DNA of 64,000 nt. Source: Heterodontus francisci (taxonomy: Eukaryota). A program made the translations under genes and the position numbers. The stretch spans positions 8,742,001-8,806,000 of the forward strand of contig NC_090404.1 of NCBI RefSeq assembly GCF_036365525.1, written 5' to 3'. The notes beneath the pieces are model-generated. The model was not told the DNA's origin. It ran no database searches and saw nothing but the letters and a program-made list of their open reading frames with translations. Numbering within the stretch: position 1 is the stretch's first letter; each line of letters begins with the position of its first letter. Positions 36,440 through 49,912 of the stretch are shown here, in pieces.

Positions 36440-39400
36440 TTTTTTTAATTATTCATTCATGGGATGTGGGCGTCGCTGGCCAGGCCAGCATTTATTGCCC
36501 ATCCCCAATTGCCCTCGAGAACGTGGTGGTGAGCTGCCTTCTTGAACTGCTGCAGTCCATGTGGGGTAGGTACACCCACAGTACTGTTAGGAAGGGAGTT
36601 CCAGGATTTTGACCCAGCGACAGTGAAGGAACGGTGATATAGTTCCAAGTCAGCATGGTGTGTGACTTGGAGGGGAACTTGCAGGTGGTGGTGTTCCCAT
36701 GTATTTGCTGCCCTTGTCCTTCTAGGTGGTAGAGGTCGCAGGTTTGGAAGGTGCTGTCTAAGGAGCCTTGTTGCATTGCTGCAGTGCATCTTGTAGATGG
36801 TACACACTGCTGCGACAGTGCGTCGGTGGTGGAGGGAGTGAATGTTTGTAGATGGGGTTCCAATCAAGTGGGCTGCTTTGTCCTGGATGGTGTCAAGCTT
36901 CTTGAGTGTTGTTGGAGCTGCACCCATCCAGGCAAGTGGAGAGTATTCCATCACACTCCTGACTTGTAGATGGTGGACAGGCTTTGGGGAGTCAGGAGGT
37001 GAGTTACTCGCCTCAGGATTCCGAGCCTCTGACCTGCTCTTGTAGTCACGGTATTTATATGGCGACTCCAGTTCAGTTTCTGGTCAATGGTAGCCCTAGG
37101 ATGTTGATAGTGGGGGATTCAGCGATGGTAATGCCATTGAATGTCAAGGGGAGATGGTTAGATTCTCTCTTGTTGGAGATGGTCAATGCCTGGCACTTGT
37201 ATGGCGCGAATGTTACTTGCCACTTATCAGCCCAAGCCTGGATATTGTCCAGGGCTTGCTGCATTTCTACACGGACTGCTTCAGTATCTGAGGAGTCGCG
37301 AATGGTGCTGAACATTGTGCAATCATCAGCGAACATCCCCACGTCTGACCTTACGATTGAAGGAATGTCATCGAAGAAGCAGCTGAAGATGGGTGGGCCT
37401 AGGACACTACCCCTAGGAACTCCTGCAGTGATGTCCTGGAGCTCAGATGATTGACCTCCAACAACCACAACCATCTTCCTTTGTGCTAGGTATGACTCCA
37501 GCCAGCGGAGGGTTTTCCCCCTGATTCCCATTGAACTCAGTTTTGCATGGGCCCCTTGATGCCATACTCGGTCAAATGTTGCCTTGATGTCAAGGGCAGT
37601 CACTCTCACCTCACCTCTTGAGTTCAACTTTTTTGTCCATGTTTGAACCAAGGCTGTAATGAGGTCAGGAGCTGAGTGGCCCTGGTGGAATCCAAACTGA
37701 GTGTCACTGAGCAGGTTATTGCTAAGCAAGTGCCGCTTGATAGCACTGTCGATGACACCCTCCATCACTTTACTGATGATTGAGAGTAGACTGATGGGGC
37801 AGTAATTGGCCGGTTGGACTTGTCCTGTTTTTTGTGTACAGGACATACCTGGGCAATTTTCCACATTGCAGGGTAGATGCCTGTGTTGTAGCTGTACTGG
37901 AACAGCTTGGCTAGGGGCTTGGCAAGTTCTGGAGCACAGAATATGCTGGAATATTGTCAGGGCCCATAGCTTTTGCAGTATCCAGTGCGTTCAGTCGTTT
38001 CTTGATATCACGCGGAGTGAATTGAATTGGTTGAAGTCTGGCATCTGTGAGGCTGGGGACTTCAGGAGGAGGCCGAGATGGATCATCAACTCGGCACTTC
38101 TGGCTGAAGATTGTTGCAAATGCTTCAGCCTTATCTTTCGCACTGATGTGCTGGGCTCCCCCATCATTGAGGATGGGGATATTTGTGGAGCCACCTTCTC
38201 CAGTTAGTTGTTTAATTGTACACCACCATTCACGGCTGGATGTGGCAGGACTGCAGAGCTTAGATCTGATCCATTGGTTATGGGATCGCTTAGCTCTGTC
38301 TATCGCATGCTGCTTACGCAGTTTGGCACGCAGATAGTCCTGTGTTGTAGCTTCACCAGGTTGACACCTCATTTTGAGGTATGCCTGGTGCTGCTCCTGT
38401 CATGCCTTCCTGCACTCTTCATTGAACCAGGGTTGGTCTCCTGGCTTGATGGTAATGGTAGAGTGGGGGATATGCTGGGCCATGAGGTTACAGATTGTGG
38501 TTGAGTACAATTCTGCTGCTGATGGCCCACAGCGCCTCATTGATGCCCAGTTTTGCATTGCTAGATCTGTTCGAAATCTATCCCATTTAGCACGGTGATA
38601 GTGCCACACAACACGATGGATGGTATCCTCAATGTGAAGGCGGGACTTCGCCTCCACAAGGACTGTGCGGTGGTCACTCCTACCAATATAGTCATGGACA
38701 GAAGCATCTGCAGCAGGTCGATTGGTGAGGACGAGGTCAAGTATGTTTTTCCCTCGTGTTGGTTCTCCCACCACCTGCCGCAGACCCAGTCTAGCAGTTA
38801 TGTCCTTTAGGACTCGGCCAGCTCAGTCAGTAGTGGTGCTACCGAGCCACCTTTGGTGATGGACATTGAAGTCCCCACCCAGAGTACATTTTGTGCCCTT
38901 GCCACCCTCAGTGCTTCCTCCAAGTGCTGTTCAATATGGAGGAGTACTGAGTCATCAGCTGAGGTAGGGCAGTAGGTGGTAATCAGTAGGAGGTTACCTT
39001 GCCCATGTTTGACCTGATGCCATGAGACGTCATAGGGTCCAGGGTCGATGTTGAGGACTCCCAGGGCAACTCCCTCCCTACTGTAGACCACTGTGCCACC
39101 ACCTCTGGTAGGTCTGTCCTGCCGGTGGGACAGGACATACCCGGGGATGGTGATGGCAATGTCAGGGACATTGTAAGGTATGATTCCGTGAGTATGACTG
39201 TGTCAGGCTGTTGCTTGACTAGTCTGTGGGACAGCTTTCCCAACTTTGGCACAAGCCCCCAGATGTTAGTAAGGAGGACTTTGCAGGGTCGACAGGGCTG
39301 GGTTTGCTGTTAGCGTTTCCGGTGCCTAGGTCAATGCCGGGTGGTCTGTCTGGTTTCATTCTTTTTTATTGACTTCGTAGCGGTTAGGTACAACTGAGTG

Positions 39401-39580
39401 GCTTGCTAGGCCATTTCAGAGTGCATGTAAGAGTTAACCACATTGCTGTGGGTCTGGAGTCACATGTCGGCCAGAACAGGTCAGGACAGCAGATTTCCTT
39501 CCCTCAAGGACGTTAGTGAACCAGATGAGTTTTTACAACAATCGACAATGGTTTCATGGCCATCATTAGACTAGCTTTTA
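36440..39580 (-). mobile_element. RTE-X/CR1-group LINE, near full-length, frameshifted (EN + RT)
   Basis: QPDTVILTESYL, SDHRTV, AMGPDNIP, NYCPISLLS, QFGF, GVPRGSVLGP, FADD, SLHHRRTVAA; exact clade is inference. Confidence 0.9.
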
Positions 39581-39599
39581 ATTCCAGCTTCTTCCCATT

Positions 39600-40035
39600 C
39601 TGTCTCCTTCTCCCTGTGCACACAGAGCCCGGGAATGGCCTCTCCCTTCCCACACTCACTCCATGTTCCTACTCCACTCCGCCTTTTACAAACAGCCACC
39701 TTTTCCCCTGAACTTGGCCCGGACTCAATGCTGATCCGAGTCCATCTGCAGACCCGCTGCCAAAGCGATGTTGCTGCTGGAAGGAGGCTGCTGTTTGCTC
39801 CCTTACCCCGGGACCGGGATCTCTCCATTCGCGGCTGTTTTAAACCAACTTCTTCCACTCACAGGCAGTGCTGGGGGGAGGGGAGGACAGGCGGAGATTT
39901 CTGCAACAAGTCAGAAAACAGAAATCATTGGGAACTTTCCCCAATTGACTTTTATTAGATTCTGAGCAAAACCTCTGGGACTGATGAGAAAGTTCAGAGA
40001 ACGGTGAAAACTGGAGGCCTGTCCCTTTAAGAAAT
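39600..40035. promoter_or_regulatory. Candidate promoter/non-coding first exon between the divergent ZNF copies
   Basis: Raised CpG; minus-strand donor-like GTGAGT at ~39654-39659; CCCTTTAAG at ~40023. Confidence 0.35.
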
Positions 40036-40176
40036 TCAATTTGGGATCATTCTGTGCAGGGTGTTTGCTGTTGATGAGCCCGGTCTTCACAAAGCAACCC
40101 TTTTAGAAACATATGTAGAACGGGTCAGTCTGTTTGCTGGCACCATGCAGGAGTTAATATTTCACCAACAGTCCCA

Positions 40177-40600
40177 GGATAGGCTGGGGTTGTTTTCCTT
40201 GGAGCGGAGAAGGCTGAGGGGGGACATGATTGAGGTATACAAAATTATGAGGGGCATTGATAGGATAGATAGGAAGAAACTTTTTCCCTTAGCGGAGAGG
40301 TCAATATCCAGGGGGCATGGATTTCAGGTAAGGACAGGAGGTTTCGAGGGGAGTTGAGGAAAAATGTTTTCACCCAGAGGGTGGTTGGAATCTGGAACAC
40401 ACTACCTGAAGGGATGATAGAGGCAGGAACCCTCACAACATTTAACAAGTATTCAGATGAGCATCTGAAATGCCATAGCATGCAAGGCTACGGGCCAAGT
40501 ATTGGGAAGTGGGATTAGTTTTGGACGGGTGCTTGATAGTCTGCGCAGGCGCGTTGGGCCAAAGGGCCTGTTTCTGTGCTGTAAAACTCCATGACTCTAA
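40177..40600 (+). mobile_element. CR1 3' fragment
   Basis: DRLGLFSLERRRLRGDMIEVYKI. Confidence 0.9.
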
Positions 40601-40934
40601 TCAGAATGAAACACTGAGAGTAATATCTAACGGCCCTGAACTGCAGGACTGCAGACAGTACAACAGGGAAGAGTGGGTTAAACATGGGACATTGTCACCC
40701 ACTGGCACTTGCCCTGAGTGTGGGATTAATACTGCGTCTGTCTTTGCTACAATATCAGTCAGAGCTGAAACTGCATCTCCAGTATGATCTTACTAGATAA
40801 AACTAGAAATTTACAGACTTTCTGTAACTGATGCATTGTCTGATTGTCTGTGTCTCACCTTCCTAACTCCCTCTGTCTCTGTCTATCCCTCCGTCACTAC
40901 CTTCTCTCTCTTTTGTGTCATACATAGTACAAGT

Positions 40935-41158
40935 GACCATCGCTGGCAAGGCCAGCATTTATTCCCCACCCTTAATTACTCTGGAAAACATGGTGGTGAG
41001 CCACCTTCTTGAACTGTTCCCATCCATGTGGGGTAGGTACACCCACAGTGCTGTTTGGGAGGGAGTTCCAGGATTTTGATCCAGTGACAGTGAAGGAACT
41101 GTGCTGCAGTTCCAAGACAGGATGGAGTGTGGCTTGGAGAGGAACTTGCAGGTGGTGT
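40935..41158 (-). mobile_element. RTE-X/CR1-group LINE 3' fragment
   Basis: Homologous to 36470-36690. Confidence 0.75.
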
Positions 41159-41439
41159 CACAGTTCAGTGAGATCCAATCACTTACTGAGTGAGCGAGTA
41201 TGTAGAAATATAACTCAGATAGAGACAACTTGTTAGAATAGACCTGGGCAGAAGGAAGCTCTGAACTAACCACTGGACTTTCTGTTTCTACCATTGGGAA
41301 AAGGGGACTCTTTCCATACATTCAAAACTACTAATAAAATGATTAAAGATCATATACTGTTGTGTGAGCCGGATTTTTGGTAGAATTAGGGTTAACAAGT
41401 GGGACTGACCCACACCTTGAGTCACTGCTTTAAGGACGG

Positions 41440-43400
41440 GGAGAATCTGGAGAGGAGAAAAGAATTAGTAGGAGAAAGGGCTCTGAATCTGGAACAATGA
41501 TCAGAGAGAGGAAGGAGTGTGTGGGACAGGGATTTATAGATTTGGGAGAATGAAAGGAGAAAGAATGTTCTCTAGAAACTAGAGTTGTCTGTTCTGAATT
41601 TCTATCCTGTACTGACAGTGATGACATTTGTAAACTCCTTTTACAGGGTATCAGTAGTATTATGAGAGGATTTGCAGGCAGGAATGTCAAACCAGAGATC
41701 TTGGTGAGATCTTACAGAATCACTTAATTCATGTATGATCGGCCTCTGATTCTGGAAATGGAAATATCTGTTCTATCTGTGGCAAAAGATTTCAAACATC
41801 AGTGTCACTGGAAAAGCACCGAGACACACAGACCCGAGTGAGAGTGTTCCAGTGCACTGACTGTGGAAAGAACTTTAACCAGTTAACCTGAAAAAAAACT
41901 CCACGCATAGAAACATAGAAAATAGGAGGAGTAGGCCATTCGGCCCTTCGAGCCTGCTCCGCCATTCATTATGATCATGGTTGATCATCCAACTCAGTGA
42001 CCTGTTCCCGTTTTCCCCCCATATCCTTTGATCCCTTTCACCTCAAGAGCTATATCTAACTCCTTCTTGAAAACATACAATGTTTTGGCCTCAACTGCTT
42101 TCTGTGGTAGCGAATTCCACAGGCTCACCACTCTCTGGGTGAAGAAATTTCTCCTCATCTCAGTCCTGAAAGGTTTACCCCGTATCCTTAGATTATGACC
42201 CCTGGTTCTGGACTCTCCCACCATCGGGAACATCCTTCCTGCATCTACCCTGTCAAGTCCTGTTAGAATTTTACAGGTTTCTATGAGATTCCCCCCCTCA
42301 CTCTTCTGAACTGCAGCAAATATAATCCTAACCGACTCAATCTCTCCTCATACGTCAGTCCCGCCATCCTAGGAATCAGTCTGGTAAACCTTCACTGCAC
42401 TCCCTCTTGAGCAAGAACATCCTTCCTCAGATAAGGAGACCAAAACTGCACACAATATTCTAGGTATGGCCTCTCCAAGGCCCTGTATAATTGCAGCAAG
42501 ACATCCCTGCTCCTGTACTCGAATCCTCTCGCTATGAAGGCCAACATATCATTTGCCCTTTTTACCGCCTGTTGCACCTGCATGCTTACCTTCAGCAACT
42601 AGTGTACGAGAACAGCCAGGTCTCGTTGCAAATTCCCCTCTCTCAGTTTATAGCCATTCAGATGATAATCTGCCTTCCTGTTTTTGCTACTAAAGTGGAT
42701 ACCCTCATATTTATCCACATTATACTGCATCTGCCATGCATTTGCCCACTCACTCTACTTGTCCAAATCACCCTGAAGCCTCTCTGCATCCTCCTCACAA
42801 TTCAACCACCCACCCAGTTTTGTGTCATCTGCAAAGTTGGAGATATTACATTTAGTTCCCTCATCTAAATCATTAATATATATTGTAAATAGCTGGGGTC
42901 CTAGCACCGATCCCTGCGGTACCCCACTAGTCACTGCCTGCCATTCACAGCGGGGAGAAACCGTACACGTGTTGTGTGTGAGGATGAGTATTCAAGTGAT
43001 CGTCCAACCTGGAGAGACACAAGACAGCGCGTAGAAACTGGAAATGTGGGAACTGTGGGAAGGAACTACCCACCCCAGCTGAAAACTCATCGACACAGTC
43101 ACACTGGGGGGGGAGAGACCATTCACCTTCTCAGTGTGGTGCAAGGGATTCATGACCTCAGTCAGTCTCCAGAAACATCAGTCAATTCACACTGGAGAGG
43201 CTGTTCACCTGCTCCATATTTTGGAAGGAATTTACTCTATCAAACTTCTGACATCAGTGAGTTCACAAGTGACTGCTGGGGTTGGATTCTGCTGTTATTG
43301 CTGCTGTTAATCACATCCAATACTGACAGTTGGGGTTTATTTCTGCTGATGTTAGTAACTCCTATAACTGGGCTGGAGTTTAATATTCTGATATCCGTCA
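41440..43400 (+). pseudogene. C2H2 ZNF pseudogene (module, leader, decayed fingers, trailer) split by CR1
   Basis: Acceptor ttttacag ~41647; leader fingers; HSGEKPY at ~42945; many frameshifts; cacaagtga trailer ~43265. Confidence 0.8.
41907..42941 (-). mobile_element. CR1 RT-3' fragment
   Basis: LEYCVQFWSPYLRKD, TRGHNLRI, CR1 tail. Confidence 0.9.
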
Positions 43401-43664
43401 GATAAATGATTTTTTTTTCAAACGCACACTGTGTCAGTCTTTAATTTCTACAAGATAAAAGGAGATGTCCTATGATCTACTGATCCATTTTTGGGACTTT
43501 TCTCCTTTCTAACTCTAAATTATCTCAGCTCTCATTCATTTGGTTACTCGCATGGACCAGTCCCAGCTCCCCATACCTTCCAGAGTACCTCCCCTCGCCG
43601 TGGGAGCCAGGGAAGGTATTGGGAACATGCCCGGGATCACTAAACACCAAATCCAGTCTGTAAA

Positions 43665-45882
43665 TAGTTAGTTTTAGCATAATCATGGAAAAGGACAAGG
43701 ATAAAACAGGAGTAAAAGTTCTAAATTGGGGGAAGGCGAATTTTACGAAGTTGAGAGGTGACCTGGTGAAAGTGGACTGGATACAGCTACTTGAAGGAAA
43801 ATCAGTGGCAAACCAGTGGGAGGCTTCAAAAGCGAGATTCTACTGGCACAGTGTAGGCATGTCCCCACAAAGATAAAGGGTGGTACGGCCAAATCAAGAG
43901 CCCCCTGGTTATCTAGAAGCTTACAGGGTAGGCTAATGCAGAAAAAGAAAGCTTATGACGATCACAAATATCTTAATACTTTAGAAAGCTTCGGGGAGTA
44001 TAGAAAGTCAGGGGTGAAGTAAAAAAGGAAATTAGAAAAGCAAAGAGAGGACATGAAAAATTATTGGCAGGTAAAATCAAGGAAAACCCAAAGATCAGTA
44101 CATTAAGAGCAAGAGGAGAACTAAGGAATGGGTAGGGCCTATCAGAGATGTACAAGGGAACTTACACGTGGATGTAGAAGATGTGGGCAGGGTTCTTAAT
44201 GAGTTTTTTGTCTCTGTCTTCACAAAGGAGAGGATTGATGCAGACATTGTAGTTAAAGAGGAGGACTGTGAAATGTTAGATACGATAAAGATAATGAGAG
44301 GGGTAGTACTAGAGGGTCTGACATCCTTGAAAGTGGATAAATCACCAGGGCCGAATGGATTGCATCCCAGGTTGTTAAAGGAAGCTAGGGAGGAAATAGC
44401 GGATGCACTGAGGATCATCTTCAAATCCTCACTAGATACAGGTGAGGTGCCAGGGGATTGGAGGTCTGCAAACATTGTACCATTGTCTGAAAAGGACGTG
44501 AGGGACAGACCAAAATAGTATGGGCCGGTCAGTCTGACCTCAGTGGTGGGGAAATTATTAGAATCAATTCTGAGGGACAGGATAAACTGCCACTTAGTAA
44601 AGCACGGATTAATCAGGGATAGTCAGCATGGATTTGTTAAGGGTCTTACTAACACAATTGAATTCTTTGAGGATGTAACAAGGAGGATTCATGTGGGTAG
44701 CGCCATAGATGTGGTCAACTTGGATTTTAGTAAGATATTTGACAAGGTCCCACATGGCAGACTGGTCAGTAAAATAAAAGCCCATGGGATACAGGGGAAT
44801 GTAGTGAGTTGGATCCAAAATTGGCTCAGTAACAGGAAGCAAAGGGTAGTTTTTGTGACTGGAAAGTAGTTTCCAGTAGCTTTCCACAGGGTTCAGTGTT
44901 GGGTCCCTTGCTGTTTGTGGTATATATTAATGATTTGGACTTAAATGTGGGAGGCATGATTGGAAAATTTGCTGATGATGCAAAAATTGGCTGTCTAGTT
45001 GATAGTGAAGAGGATAGATGTAGACTCCAGAATGATATCAATGGTTTGGTTGAGTGGGTGGAAAAGTGGCAAATGGAATTCAATCCAGAGAAGTGTGAGG
45101 TAATGCACTTGGGGAGGGCAAGCAAAGCAAGGGAATGTACAATAAATGGAAGGATAATGAGAGGGGGAGAAGAAGTGAGAGACCTTGGAATGCATGTTCA
45201 CAGATCCCTGAAGGTGGCAAAATAGATAGGTAGAGCAGGTAAGAAGGCATATGGAATGCTTTCCTTTATTGACTGAGGTATAGAATACAAAAGCAGGAAT
45301 GCAATGCTGGAACTGTATGAAATGCTGGTTCGGCCACAGCTGGAGTACTGTGTACAGTTCTGGTCACCACATTACAGGAAGGACATAATTGCTCTGGAGA
45401 GAGTGCAGAGGAGATTGACAAGAATGTTGCCAGGGCTTGAAATTTGCAGCTGTGAGGAAAGACTGGATAGGGTTATTTTCCTTAGAAAAGAGGAGGCTGA
45501 GGGGTGACTCAATAGAGGTGTAAAAAATTATGAGGGGCCTAGATAGAGTAGACAGGAAGAACCTTCTCCCCCTAGCGGAGAGGTCAATTACCGGGGGTAC
45601 AGATTTAAGGTGATTGGTAGAAGGATTAGAGGGGACATGAGGAAAAACTTTTTCACCCAGAGGGTGGTGGGTGTCTGGAATTCACTGCCAGAAATGATGG
45701 TGGAGGCAGAAACCCTCAATTCTTTTAAAAGGTACCTGGACCTGCAACTGAAGTGCTGTAACTGGCAAGGCTATGGACCAGGTGCTGGAAGGTGGAATTA
45801 GATTGGGCGGCAAGTTTTTTCGGCCCCCGCAGACATGATGGACTGAATGGCCTCCTTCTGTGCTGTAATTTTTCTATGGTTC
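43665..45882 (+). mobile_element. CR1 LINE ORF2 fragment, degenerate
   Basis: KSPGPNG, QHGF, KFADD, LEYCVQFWSP, FFTQRVVGVWNSLP. Confidence 0.92.
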
Positions 45883-46186
45883 TAAATCACTTTTAGCTAC
45901 CGGACCTAGTGTGTGTCCCACAGCATCTCTCTCACCTTCGATGTGTGAATAGAGCATCATGCCTTCAAACCTGGTTTAAATTTAAATCCACTCAGGAAAT
46001 GTATTGAACAGAAGTCTTTAGGTTGATGAGACTCTCTGCAGTTACCAACGCAAATCTAAAACACTTCATTCATATGTTTAAAATGAAATTGGGATTTATA
46101 TTCTGGCAATTTTTACATATCTGGATAAATCAGCATTTTTGCTGCACAGTCGGCCTTTTCCTAACACTCTTAGGAAGATTTTTTTT

Positions 46187-48232
46187 AGAATTAGAATTAG
46201 AACATTACAGCGCAGTACAGGCCCTTCGGCCCTCGATGTTGCGCCGACCTGTGAAACCATCTGACCTACACTATTCCATTTTCATCCATATGTCTATCCA
46301 ATGACCACTTAAATGCCCTTAAAGTTGGCGAGTCTACTACTGTTGCAGGCAGGGCGTTCCACGCCCCTACTACTCTCCGAGTAAAGAAACTACCTCGAAC
46401 ATCTGTCCTATATCTATCACCCCTCAACTTAAAGCTATGTCCCCTCGTGTTTGCCAACACCATCCGAGGAAAAAGACTCTCACTATCCACCCTATCTAAC
46501 CCTCTGATTATCTTATATGTCTCCATTAAGTCACCTCTCCTCCTCCTTCTCTCCAACGAAAACAACCTCAAGTCCCTCAGCCTTTCCTCGTAAGACCTTC
46601 CCTCCATACCAGGCAACATCCTAGTAAATCACCTCTGCACCCTTTCCAAAGCTTCCACATCCTTCCTATAATGCGGTGACCAGAACTGCACGCAATACTC
46701 CAGGTGCGGTCTCACCAGAGTTTTGTACAGCTGCAGCATGACCTCGTGGCTCCGAAACTCGATCCCCCTACTAATAAAAGCTAACACACCATATGCCTTC
46801 TTAACAGCCCTATTAACCTGGGTGGCAACTTTCAGGGATTTATGTATCTCTCTGTTCATCTACACTACCAAGAATCTTCCCATTAGCCCAGTACTGTGCA
46901 TTCCTGTTACTCCTTCCAAAGTGAATCACCTCACACTTTTCCGCATTAAACTCCATTTGCCATCTCTCAGCCCAGCTCTGCAGCCTGTCTATGTCCCTCT
47001 GTACCCTACAACATCCTTCGGCACTATCCACAACTCCACCGACCTTAGTGTCATCCGCAAATTTACTAGCCCACCCTTCTACACCCTCTTCCAGGTCATT
47101 TATAAAAATGACAAACAGCAGTGGCCCCAAAACAGATCCTTGCGGTACACCACTAGTAACTAAACTCCAGGATGAACATTTGCCATCAACCACCACCCTC
47201 TGTCTTCTTTCAGCTAGCCAATTTCTGATCCAAAGCTCTAAATCACCTTCAACCCCATACTTCCGTATTTTCTGCAATAGCCTACCGTGGGGAACCTTAT
47301 CAAATGCCTTACTGAAATCCATATACACCACATCCACTGCTTTACCCTCATCCACCTGTTTGGTCACCTTCTCAAAAAACTCAATAAGGTTTGTGAGGCA
47401 CGACCTACCCTTCACAAAACTGTGCTGACTATCGCAAATGAACTTATTCTTTTCAAGATGATTATAAATCCTGTCTCTTCTAACCTTTTCCAACATTTTA
47501 CCCACAACCGAAGTAAGGCTCACAGGTCTATAATTACCAGGGCTGTCTCTACTCCCCTTCTTGAACAAGGGGACAACATTTGCTATCCTCCAGTCCTCCG
47601 GCACTATTCCTGTCGACAATGACGACATAAAGATCAAGGACAAAGGCTCTGCAATCTCCTCCCTAGCTTCCCAGAGAATCCTAGGATAAATCCCATCTGG
47701 CCCAGGGGACTTATCTATTTTCACACTTTCCAAAATTGCTAACACCTCCTCCTTGTGAACCTCAATCCCATCTAGCCTAGTAGTCTGAATCTCAGTATTC
47801 TCCTCGACAACATTTTCTTTCTCTAATGTAAATAATCACGAAAAATATTCATTTAACGCTTCCCCTATCTCCTCTGATTCCACACACAACTTCCCACTAC
47901 TATCCTTGATTGGCCCTAATCTAACTCTAGTCATTCTTTTATTCCTGATATACCTATAGAAAGCATTAGGGTTTTCCCTGATCCTATCCGCCAATGACTT
48001 CTCGTGTCCTCTCCTTGCTCTTCTTAGTTCTCCCTTTAGATCCTTCCTGGCTAGCTTGTAACTCTCAAGCGCCCTAACTGAGCCTTCACGTCTCATCCTA
48101 ACATAAGCCTTCTTCTTCCTCTTGACAAGCGCTTCAACTTCTTTAGTAAACCACGGCTCCCTCGCTCGACAACTTCCTCCCTGCCTGACAGGTACATACT
48201 TATCAAGGACACGCAGTAGCTGCTCCTTGAAT
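46187..48232 (-). mobile_element. CR1 LINE ORF2 3' half, relatively young
   Basis: 301-aa RT ORF 46840-47745 plus downstream ORFs; (TTCTAA)n tail. Confidence 0.95.
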
Positions 48233-48269
48233 AAGATGGTGTTATCACACAAAGGGAAGATCAGTGGGG

Positions 48270-49912
48270 CTTTAAGTCAGTACCTGACTCACACCAGGAT
48301 GAGTCGGATTTCCTTCCACTCTGGTTAATTTTGTTCTTATCCACCATCAGCTTCACAGACCCAGATTGGAAATGACTGGGAACATCGGTCTAATTGTGTT
48401 CTGTATCTGGTCACATCTTGGGTGTTGTGTTGATTCTGGAGTAGCAGCTACTTTGTCTGAAGGGGAGAATCATTGTCAGCGTTAATGAAAATGAGACAGA
48501 CAGAAACAAACAGAGAAAGGAAATGACAGACTGACAGTGAAAGACAGAGTGAATTTCAAAACTTGAGATGGATATATTTTTTGTTGTGTAAGGTTATTAA
48601 AGGATATGGAACCAACCAGGTAAATGTAGTTAAGATACAGAGCATTCATGAGGTAAGTGAATGGTGGAACAGGCTGGAGGGGCTGAATGGCCTCCTCCTG
48701 CTCACGTGATCCTCTATTTTACAAGATCACTGGGACTGATGCCCTGAGACTCTTCTCACAATACCGGGGCCTTCTATTCCTGACAGTTATGGAGCAAGGA
48801 TATTCAGGATTGTCTAGACAGGACAACAACCTCCCCTTCATAGATACATGGAGGCTTTGGAGAGGTTTACCAGGATGTTGCCTGGTCTGGAGGACAATGG
48901 TTATGAGGAGAGGCTGGATAAACTCGGATTGTTTTCATTGGAACGACGGAGGTGGAGGGGCGACATGATAGAGGTTTACAAAGTTATGAATGGCATGGAC
49001 AGAGTGGATAGTTAGAAGCTTTTTCCCAGGGTGGAAGAGTCAGTTACTAGGGGACATAGGTTTAAGGTGCAAGGGGTAAAGTTTAGAGGGAATGTACGAG
49101 GCAAGTTCTTTACACAGAGGGTGGTGAGTGCCTGGAACTTGCTGCCGGGGGAGGTGGTGGAAGCAGGTACGATAGCGACGTTTAAGAGTCATCTTGACAA
49201 ATACATGAATAGGATTTTGCAAGTTCTCCCTGTGTCTGCGTGGGTTTCCTCCGGGTGCTCCGGTTTCCTCCCACATGCCAAAGACTTGCAGGTTGGTAGG
49301 TTAATTGGCCATTATAAATTGCCCCTAGTATAGGTAGGTGGTCGGGAAATATATAGGGACCGGTGGGGATGTTATTGGAATATGGGATTCGTGTAGGATT
49401 AGTATAAATTGTTGGTTGATGGTCGGCACAGACTCGGTGGGCCGAAGGGCCTGTTTCAGTGCTGTATCTCTAAACTAGTATGGGAATAGAGGGATACGGT
49501 CCCCGGAAGTGCAGAAGGTTTTAGTTTAGGCAGGCATCAAGATCGGCGCAGGCTTGGAGGGCTGAATGGCCTGTTCCTGTGCTGTACTGTTTTTTGTTCT
49601 TTTGTTCATGACCCCGACTGTCAGGCGATGTCGAGTCCGCGGAGATCAACGGGAGGACACAGTGTGTGTTGTCATTGTAATGATAATCCTACCCTCAATA
49701 AATAAACTGCCCCCCGGCTGCTTTTTGCCTCCCTCAGTTGTGGGTGATATTTGTCCCTATTCTCCCGTAAACTGAATCCATCTTGTTCCAAACTGGGTTC
49801 AGTGTAAGACAGTCCGGGGAGTCAGGCATCATTCACCCCTAGACCTACACTGGCAGGTAAAACCCCAGACGTTTCCTTAGTAAGGATTCCTCTGGTTCCT
49901 CACCATATATTT
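48270..49912 (+). repeat. Duplicated block 'X', copy 2
   Basis: Paralog of 26260-28855; lacks ~27700-28325; carries its own CR1+SINE insertion. Confidence 0.8.
48849..49607 (+). mobile_element. CR1 3' fragment with nested 5'-truncated V-SINE (~49215-49477)
   Basis: TRGHRFKV...FFTQRVVSAWNLLP; SINE core and tail. Confidence 0.88.
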
